Source: Armatimonadota bacterium
GTDB taxonomy: Bacteria > Armatimonadota > UBA10988
Length of the DNA: 11,273 nucleotides
Direction of reading: 5' to 3'
Assembly (NCBI GenBank): GCA_016235455.1
Contig: JACRKZ010000076.1
Coordinates: 1 to 11,273 of the forward strand
A program made the translations under genes and the position numbers. A model generated the notes under the pieces. The model searched no databases and was not told the DNA's origin. It was given only the letters and a program-made list of their open reading frames with translations. This document shows positions 1 to 6,291 of the stretch, piece by piece. How positions within the stretch are numbered: the stretch's first letter is position 1; every line of letters begins with the position of its first letter.

Positions 1-58
1 CACTGGCCATCGCGGTCGCCAGCAGAGCAAGGGTCAGCGCACGGAGTACAGCGTTCAT
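1..58 (-). CDS. Partial CDS (5' end only): putative secreted protein
   Basis: ATG at 58-56 overlaps the TGA of the upstream gene (ATGA coupling). It translates as MNAVLRALTLALLATAMAS..., resembling a Sec signal peptide (basic residue, hydrophobic core, AxA). Runs off the window and is not in the ORF track. Confidence 0.65.
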   Translation of the reverse strand, partial: MNAVLRALTLALLATAMAS

Positions 59-2475
59 ACAGGTTCGTCCCACATGTCTTCTGGTTTCTGCCAGTGCAAC
101 TCTTCTCCTCCATCACCGCGCATGGTCTCGGCGCTGACGGGGTCGTCGTCGAACTTGAGCTCGGACAGCTCGGCCAGCAGCTCCCCAGCATCGCGCGGCC
201 GCTGGTCGGGGTCCTTGTCCAGGAGGCGCAGCAGCAGGCGATCCACGAACGCTGGCAGGTTGGGGTTGAAGTGGCTGGGCACCGGCGTGGGATGGTGGCG
301 GATGGCCTCCATCAGCTCGCGCTGGCCGGTAGCGGCGAAGGGCTGATAGCCGGTCAGGAGTTCAAACAGAATGACACCCAGCGCGTAGACATCCGAACGC
401 AGGTCGGTCTGCCGCTCGATGACCTCGCGCGCCATGTATGGCAGCGTGCCGACCACGTCCGTCAGGCATTCGCGTCCGCGCACGCTGGCCGCATGCTCGA
501 AGTCGGTGACCCGCACATCGGGGCCGATGGAGCGCACCAGGATGTTGCTGGGCTTGAGGTTGCGATGGCAGACCCGGCGCTCATGCAGCGCCGCCACACC
601 CGCGCAGGCCTGGCGCACCACCTCCAGGCACCAGTTGGCCGGGTGCGGGTGCCGCTGCTCGGGCGTGCCCGCGGCGTCGCGCAGTGTGACCCATTCGTCC
701 CACTCGTTGACCACGTACCAGCCGCCCTCGGCGGAGCCGAAGTCGAGCAGGCGGGCCAGGTTGGGATGGTCGATGCCGAGCACATTCAGGCTGCCCAGGA
801 ACAGGCTGCGCCCGACGTCGCTGGCATCGGCGAAGGTCTTTACCAGCACATGCCGACCAGTCAGCGTGTCCGTAGCGCGGTGCACCTCCACCGAGTTGCC
901 GCGTTCCACCAGTTCACGACCCGCCCAGCGCGATGCGCCACCACCGGTCACCGTGACGGCGGCGGCGGTCGGCACGGGTGCCTCGCGCGGCGCTGGCGGC
1001 GCCGTCCAGCCATCGGCCAATCGAGGCGGCCCGTCGGCGGCGGTCACGGTCAGGCCGAGCACGCCGGCCGCGTCGACGTTCAGCGCCAGGGTCAGCGCAT
1101 CGCCGGCCTTGGCGCCCGGCGGCACGGGCACGCTCTGCCACAACTCGCGCGGCGCCGCGCCGGGCTGTTCGACCCAGAGCCGCAACTCGACCGTCTCCGG
1201 CAGCGGATCGACAAGCCGCAGATGCAGCGGACCACCTTGCGCGGTGGACAGCGTGGGCAACGGCGTCTCCACGCGTAGCCAGGCATGCCGCGCCAGCTCG
1301 AGGCGCGTCTCGGTGACCTGCACCTCGCGCCACGGCAACTCCAGTCGCACCGCGGGCGGCGCCACCGAGGCGGTGGCCACCGGCGGAGGAGGCGGCGGGG
1401 CGGCCAATGCGCCCACCTGCACGGGCGGACGCGATGCGTAGATCGCCGCGCCGAATGCCGTCTGCTCGGTGGGACTGGCCTGCAGCAGCGGCACCCGTGG
1501 GAAGGAGGTCTCGAAGTGTCGCTGGACGAACGGGATCTGACAACTCCCACCGACCAGCAGCAGGTCGGTGGGATGGCCCGCGCGGATCACCTCGCGCGCC
1601 GCCTCCATGGCCTCGGCCACGGAACTCTCGATCATCGACTCGAAGTCTTCGGTCAGCACGCCGACCTCGACGTCCACCGGATCACCACCGCCGGGCCGCT
1701 CCAGGTCGCGGAAGTCGATCATGCTCCAGGCCACGCGGCCGAGTTCGAGCTTGGCCGCCTCGGCGCGCTGGGGCAACTCGGCCATCAGCCACTTTTCGTG
1801 GCGCAGGTCGAAGCCGCTGTCCTGGCTGGCACGAGAGCACACGAAGTCGACGATGTGGTTGGTGAACGCATGCCCCGCGATGTGGTCGCGTTGGGACAGG
1901 GCGATGCGCTCCAGCCGGCCGCTCTCGGCGTTCACCAGGCTGACGTTGAACTGCTCGCCGCCCATGTCGAGCACCAGCACCCGGCGCGGCTCGGGGGTGG
2001 GTCGGGCGAAGCCACAGGCCAGCACCGCCGCCAAGGGGCTGTCGATGGGTGTCAGGTCCAGTCCGGCCTCGGCGCCGCAGGCCACCAACCGCTCGATCAC
2101 CGCGTCTGTCCAGCGCGGTGGCACGGCCACCGCGGCACTCTTGACCGGATGACCGAGGGCGGATTTGAGGCTGACGCGGCAGTGCTGCAGCAGGCCGCGC
2201 AGCAACTCGCTCGCGTGCACCGCGCCCGAGGGCAGGCTGACGTAGCTGTCGCGCGCGAACCGGTGCAGCAGGTCGCGTACCACCGCGTCGGGCTTGGTCG
2301 CGATGAGCCGGGCCGCGCTCTGACCGTAGACCAGCCCCCCGGCATCGGCGGCAGCCATGGTGGGGATGTGGCGGCAACCCTCGATGTCGCTGACCAGCTC
2401 CAGTGTGCCATTGGGCTGGCGCCAGGCCAGTCGCGTGAACGTGTGGCCCAGGTCCAGGCCCACCCACAGATCCAT
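55..2475 (-). CDS. Hsp70/DnaK-family protein fused to a C-terminal Hanks-type Ser/Thr (pseudo)kinase domain, 806 aa
   Basis: Hsp70 NBD motifs: GLDLGHT, IPT, AVAVPPRW, IDSPLAAVLACG, VLVLDMGG, AEAAKLEL, LLVGGSCQIPFVQ, AFGAAIYA. Then a Pro-rich linker and an SBD-beta-like segment (LTLALNVDAAGVLGLTV, cf. DnaK IEVTFDIDANGILxVS). Kinase motifs: VLVK, HPNL, HRNLKPSN, DFE, GTLPYMARE, DVYALGVILFELLTG, RP. GGGAG RBS upstream of the ATG. Confidence 0.9.
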   Translation of the reverse strand: MDLWVGLDLGHTFTRLAWRQPNGTLELVSDIEGCRHIPTMAAADAGGLVYGQSAARLIATKPDAVVRDLLHRFARDSYVSLPSGAVHASELLRGLLQHCRVSLKSALGHPVKSAAVAVPPRWTDAVIERLVACGAEAGLDLTPIDSPLAAVLACGFARPTPEPRRVLVLDMGGEQFNVSLVNAESGRLERIALSQRDHIAGHAFTNHIVDFVCSRASQDSGFDLRHEKWLMAELPQRAEAAKLELGRVAWSMIDFRDLERPGGGDPVDVEVGVLTEDFESMIESSVAEAMEAAREVIRAGHPTDLLLVGGSCQIPFVQRHFETSFPRVPLLQASPTEQTAFGAAIYASRPPVQVGALAAPPPPPPVATASVAPPAVRLELPWREVQVTETRLELARHAWLRVETPLPTLSTAQGGPLHLRLVDPLPETVELRLWVEQPGAAPRELWQSVPVPPGAKAGDALTLALNVDAAGVLGLTVTAADGPPRLADGWTAPPAPREAPVPTAAAVTVTGGGASRWAGRELVERGNSVEVHRATDTLTGRHVLVKTFADASDVGRSLFLGSLNVLGIDHPNLARLLDFGSAEGGWYVVNEWDEWVTLRDAAGTPEQRHPHPANWCLEVVRQACAGVAALHERRVCHRNLKPSNILVRSIGPDVRVTDFEHAASVRGRECLTDVVGTLPYMAREVIERQTDLRSDVYALGVILFELLTGYQPFAATGQRELMEAIRHHPTPVPSHFNPNLPAFVDRLLLRLLDKDPDQRPRDAGELLAELSELKFDDDPVSAETMRGDGGEELHWQKPEDMWDEPV

Positions 2476-2505
2476 GTGGTCGCACTCCCGTCGCTACATT
2501 GTCCG

Positions 2506-3534
2506 TTAGGATAACGGCACCTGCAACACCCACGGCCGATCCCGCAGTTCGAGCAGGTCGCCGAGTGGGTAACGGTCGGTGGGCGAGATGTACAGCACCT
2601 GTTCGGGTCGCAGCGACGCCGTCCATACAGCCAGATCGTCGGTCGCGCGATCATTGACCTGCACGGTAGCCAAGGCCGGCATGCTGCTCCACACCGACGC
2701 GTGCTGGGCGTGCGCGCCGCACAAGTGGATCATGCCGCCATGGCGATGCTGCCCGAGCAGTTCGGCATCCAGCGGCGCAATGAACTCAGCGTACGAACGC
2801 GGGGACACCAACTGCGTGGCGCAGCCATCAATGAAGCCGTGGCCGGCCGGCGCGTAGCGGCTGCAGAACACCGAACCGCGATGCACCGCCGGCGGGATCA
2901 CCGCGTCGAACCGCGCCATGCACTCGCCGATCACGTCGGTGATGACGCGCAGCGCGTGGCGCGCCGCGTCCGGGCAGGCCAGCAGCCCCCACAGCAGGCG
3001 CTCACCGAACAGGTTGATACCCACGTTGATCGGGCAGCTCAGGACGGGATTGCTGATCAGCAGCCGACCGTCGCCCGCCTGTACGGCCAACGCGGCCAGT
3101 CGCAGCGCCGCGTTCAGCAGCGGGCTGGCGTCGAGGTCCGGGCGGCACAGCTCACCCAGTTCGCAGGTCAACTCCGACGACCAAGCCTGGTTGTTGACAA
3201 AGCGCACCTCGGCGCCAAACAACGCGTCGACGAAATGCGTGCCCAACGGGTCGATCTCAATGCCCAGCGGCCGGAACGTAACGCGATCGGCACCCTCGCG
3301 CGCGTGCGCTGCCAGGTCGGCCAGCACGTCGTCCAGCCAGCGCTCCGGCTCGGTCAGCATGTCGATGGCGTTGGTGCCCCACAAGCCGTGGTTAGCGCCA
3401 TAGAAGCGGCCGGCAATGGCCACCGGGCCGCCCGTGTCGCGACCGGCGAAGAGATCGTCGACGCGTTGTCGATGCCAGGCCTGCGCGTCCTCGATCTCGG
3501 GAGTGAGCCATGTCAAGCAGGTGGGATTCGGCAC
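2506..3534 (-). CDS. Uroporphyrinogen decarboxylase (URO-D)/MtaA-CmuA superfamily protein, function unknown, ~342 aa
   Basis: C-terminal motifs DGCATQLVSPRSYAEFIAP and GGMIHLCG, plus CPINVGINLFGE..L...PD, are typical of URO-D-fold paralogues. Start reassigned from 3843 to GTG 3534, which has an AGGAAG RBS and avoids overlap with the divergent GH32 gene. Confidence 0.72.
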   Translation of the reverse strand: MPNPTCLTWLTPEIEDAQAWHRQRVDDLFAGRDTGGPVAIAGRFYGANHGLWGTNAIDMLTEPERWLDDVLADLAAHAREGADRVTFRPLGIEIDPLGTHFVDALFGAEVRFVNNQAWSSELTCELGELCRPDLDASPLLNAALRLAALAVQAGDGRLLISNPVLSCPINVGINLFGERLLWGLLACPDAARHALRVITDVIGECMARFDAVIPPAVHRGSVFCSRYAPAGHGFIDGCATQLVSPRSYAEFIAPLDAELLGQHRHGGMIHLCGAHAQHASVWSSMPALATVQVNDRATDDLAVWTASLRPEQVLYISPTDRYPLGDLLELRDRPWVLQVPLS

Positions 3535-3542
3535 GATTGGCT

Positions 3543-3562
3543 TCCTGCCGGGCAGGATAGCA
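3543..3562 (-). promoter_or_regulatory. Candidate extended -10 promoter (TGcTATCCT) for the URO-D/Hsp70-kinase unit, overlapped by a perfect palindrome TCCTGCC-G-GGCAGGA
   Basis: The minus strand reads TGCTATCCT at 3562-3554, about 20 nt upstream of GTG 3534. A 7-1-7 inverted repeat at 3543-3557 covers part of the -10, the predicted TSS and part of the RBS. Confidence 0.45.
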
Positions 3563-3616
3563 GATGCCCTGGCGAATTGGGGCGCGGGCCAGAGGATGCC
3601 GTGGGCGGAGATCACC

Positions 3617-5800
3617 ATGAGACGAGTTGCGATTTTGGCGCTGCTGGCCGCGGGGTGTGTGATGGCGGATGAGACGACGTTCACCGACAAGACGCTGGTG
3701 GTCTGGGCCACCGTGGCCAACCTGACCCAGCGCGGCGGCAGCGTGCTGTCGCTGGAGAACCCCGCCGGCGTGTTCGACGGCCTCGTGCTGGGCGAGATCG
3801 AGCCCGGCCGTTGGATGCCCGGCAGCAATGGCTTCGTCCGCACACCGCGCGACCAGTCGGCCTGGCCGGTGGAGACCGCGGGACCGGCCGAACTGCACCA
3901 GTTGGCGCTGGTCTACCGCGGTCGGCAGGTGACCTGCCTGCGCGACGGACAGACACTGTGGACGACGCACCTGGCCGAAGACCCGCCGGCCTACGGGCCG
4001 CAGACGCTGGTGCTGCTCGGCTTGCGCCATCGTAGCGCCAACGGCGTCCGCTACTTCACCGGCAGCATCGCCGACGCGCGGGTCTATGCCGAGGCGCTGA
4101 CGCCCGAGAGCCTGGCCGCGCTACGACCCGGCCAGGCCGGCGCGACCAAGGCCTGGGCGTGGTGGTCGTTCGCCGACGGCCGGACCGAGGAGCGCACCGG
4201 CCGCTTCGCCAAGTCGAAGCTGATGGGCGACGCCAAGGTCGAGGGCGGCCGGCTGCTGCTCGGCGGCGAGGGCCATCTGCTGGCCGCCTCGCCCGAGCCG
4301 ACCGTGGCGGCCGACCGTGGCGGCGAGAGCTGGCCTATCTACCACCTCACGGCCCAGCGCGACGAGGGCCAGGCCATCCCCTTCGACCCCAACGGCGCGC
4401 TCTGGTGGAAGGGCCGCTACCACCTCATGTACATCTTCCAGGACCCCAACCTGCCCGCCGGCGGACACTGCTGGGGGCACTGGTCGAGTGCCGACCTGAT
4501 CAACTGGACGCTGCATCCGGCGGCCATCGTGCCGGGGCCGACCACGCCCGACAAGGGCATCTTCAGCGGCAACGCGCTGGTGGCCAAGGACGGGCGGCCC
4601 ATGATCTGCTGGTTCGGCATCGACGCCGGCGTGTGCGTGGCGTCGGCGGCCGATGACGATCTGATCAAGTGGGACCACCACCCCGGCAACCCCATCGTGC
4701 CCATGCCGCGCGAGGGTCAGCCGGGCCACGGCGTGTACCGCGTCTGGGACCCGTACCTGTGGCTGGAGGACGGCACCTACTACTGCCTGCTGGGCGGCAA
4801 TGAAGTCAAGGGCAAAGACACGCTCTACCTGATGAAGTCGCCCGACCTGAAGACCTGGACGCCGGTCGGCCCGTTCTACGAGCATCCCGACGCCTACTGG
4901 ACCGGCGACGGCGAGGACTGCTCCTGCCCCGACTTCTTCCAACTCGGCGACAAGCATGTCCTGCTGTGCATCAGCCACAAGGTCGGCGCGCGCTGCTATA
5001 TTGGCCGGTTCGACAAAGCCCACGACCGCTTCATCCCCGAGCGGCACCAACGCATGAACTGGCCGGGCGGCGCGTTCTTCGCGCCAGAGAGCCTGCTCGA
5101 CGGCAACGGTCGGCGCGTGTTCTGGGCCTGGGTGACCGACTGCCGCATCGGCCCGACGCGAGCGCGCACGGGCTCCGGCGTGCAGAGCCTGCCGCGCGTG
5201 ATGGCCATGAACCCCGACGGCAGCCTCAAGCTCACGCCGGCGGTGGAGTTGGAGAAGCTGCGGCGCGACCCGGTCAAAGTCGGCCCGCTGGAGCTGCCCG
5301 CCGACCAGCCGGTGCTACTGGACGCGGTTCGCGGCGAGCACTACGAACTGGCCGCGACCTTCGAGCCTGGCGGGGCCCGGCGCCTCGGCCTGCGGCTGCG
5401 CAGCGATGCCGAGGGCAAGCAGGAAACGGCGGTCTGGTATGAGCCCGACCCCGGCCGGCTGATCCTCGACATGTCTCGCTCGACAACGCGCACCGACGTC
5501 TGCTACCCCGAAGGCCCCATCGGCTTCGTGGGCATGAACGCGGTGGCCGACATCAAGAATCCGCGGCAGCGCGTCGAAGCGCCGTTTGCTCTGGCGCCGG
5601 GCGAGGCGCTACACCTGCGCGTGTTCGTCGACGGCCCGGTGATAGAGGTCTTCGCCAACGACCGCCAGGTGCTCACGCAGCAGGTCTTCCCGGCCGGTGA
5701 GGCGCCGCTGGTCCGGGCCGTGGCCGAAGGCGGCGCGGCGCGACTGGTGGCGCTGGAGGCCTGGCGCATGGCACCCTTGGTGGTGGAGGACAAACGATGA
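3617..5800 (+). CDS. Exported GH32-like (clan GH-J five-bladed beta-propeller + beta-sandwich) glycoside hydrolase with N-terminal LamG/ConA-like domain, ~727 aa
   Basis: GGAG RBS, then ATG 3617 and signal peptide MRRVAILALLAAGCVMA (possible lipobox AAGC). LamG-like motifs HQLALVY...G and FTGSIADARVYAEALT. GH32 motifs FDPNG, WGHWSSADLINW, FSG, WDP, SCPDFF, FFAPES, SLPR and C-terminal LRVFVDGPVIEVFAN. Confidence 0.88.
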   Translation: MRRVAILALLAAGCVMADETTFTDKTLVVWATVANLTQRGGSVLSLENPAGVFDGLVLGEIEPGRWMPGSNGFVRTPRDQSAWPVETAGPAELHQLALVYRGRQVTCLRDGQTLWTTHLAEDPPAYGPQTLVLLGLRHRSANGVRYFTGSIADARVYAEALTPESLAALRPGQAGATKAWAWWSFADGRTEERTGRFAKSKLMGDAKVEGGRLLLGGEGHLLAASPEPTVAADRGGESWPIYHLTAQRDEGQAIPFDPNGALWWKGRYHLMYIFQDPNLPAGGHCWGHWSSADLINWTLHPAAIVPGPTTPDKGIFSGNALVAKDGRPMICWFGIDAGVCVASAADDDLIKWDHHPGNPIVPMPREGQPGHGVYRVWDPYLWLEDGTYYCLLGGNEVKGKDTLYLMKSPDLKTWTPVGPFYEHPDAYWTGDGEDCSCPDFFQLGDKHVLLCISHKVGARCYIGRFDKAHDRFIPERHQRMNWPGGAFFAPESLLDGNGRRVFWAWVTDCRIGPTRARTGSGVQSLPRVMAMNPDGSLKLTPAVELEKLRRDPVKVGPLELPADQPVLLDAVRGEHYELAATFEPGGARRLGLRLRSDAEGKQETAVWYEPDPGRLILDMSRSTTRTDVCYPEGPIGFVGMNAVADIKNPRQRVEAPFALAPGEALHLRVFVDGPVIEVFANDRQVLTQQVFPAGEAPLVRAVAEGGAARLVALEAWRMAPLVVEDKR

Positions 5801-6153
5801 GTCAAGTAACCTATGCCGGTCGCCGAGGCGCCCGGATCCCGCATGGCGGGCTGACCGGCGTGGCACTGGCGCAGTCGCTGCACGACACCGTGGAGGCGCG
5901 CGCGGACATGTTCATCGCCGTGGCCACGGCTTTCGGCACCGGCCTGTTGGCCACGGTGGGCTGGTTCGTGGCCGAAGTCTTCTACCACCACCCGCTCGTC
6001 GGCGCGCTGATCGGCGCGGTCCACGGCGGCGCGCTGTGGTGGCTCCTGTCCAGTATGGCCGTGACGGGGTTGCGGATGCTCGCGCAGATCATGCTGGCGC
6101 AGGCGCGGTTGGTGGAGGCGGCGCCGGCTGGCGAGGCTGAGGCCGCTGACTGA
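5797..6153 (+). CDS. Small hypothetical membrane protein (about 2 TM helices), 118 aa
   Basis: ATGA overlap with the GH32 stop and GGAGG RBS. Hydrophobic Gly-rich segments FIAVATAFGTGLLATVGWFVA and LVGALIGAVHGGALWWLLSS. GC-ending codon bias in this frame. Confidence 0.72.
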   Translation: MSQVTYAGRRGARIPHGGLTGVALAQSLHDTVEARADMFIAVATAFGTGLLATVGWFVAEVFYHHPLVGALIGAVHGGALWWLLSSMAVTGLRMLAQIMLAQARLVEAAPAGEAEAAD

Positions 6154-6158
6154 GCGCA

Positions 6159-6266
6159 GCCTAACGGGTCGGCGTCTGCCGCCGGTCGGCGCGGACTGGT
6201 TACGCCGCGCTCCAGCGCGGCACCAAGGCTGACCCCGGTCGCAGGCGGTCCGCGTCATCGTTGGGT
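6159..6266 (-). mobile_element. Candidate degenerate attC-like integron cassette recombination site (alternatively a structured repeat or terminator)
   Basis: The minus strand begins ACCCAAC (RYYYAAC, 6266-6260) and ends GTTAGGC (GTTRRRY, 6165-6159), 108 bp in total, as an imperfect palindrome with apical stem GCCGCGC-TCCA-GCGCGGC (6204-6221). It starts 25 nt after the nuclease stop codon. The L boxes pair poorly. Confidence 0.38.
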
Positions 6267-6291
6267 GGTGACGCGAGCGCCCGCCAGCAGA

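Noticed and set aside
55-2475. Calling the gene dnaK or a pseudogene
   Set aside because: Too divergent for housekeeping DnaK (no lid, catalytic residues lost, no grpE/dnaJ in the window), yet the ORF is intact with an RBS and conserved structural motifs.
94-2514. Long plus-strand ORFs 94..1278, 419..1441 and 1285..2514, and alternative minus frames such as 1682..2626
   Set aside because: They overlap the motif-rich Hsp70-kinase gene and are shadow translations, often Arg/Ala/Pro-rich, with no domain signatures.
2506-3534. Calling the gene hemE
   Set aside because: It lacks the HemE N-terminal MRQAGR signature and has an HxC metal motif typical of non-HemE paralogues.
3416-3843. Extended N-termini from the ORF track (URO-D from 3843, GH32 from 3416) implying a 428-bp head-to-head overlap
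   Set aside because: RBS-supported starts at 3534 (-) and 3617 (+, with a signal peptide) remove the overlap.
6159-6266. attC in plus orientation belonging to the small membrane gene (GCCTAAC...GTTGGGT)
   Set aside because: The boxes fit formally, but the wobble pairs would fall on the wrong strand, and that gene is coupled to GH32 with host-like codon usage.
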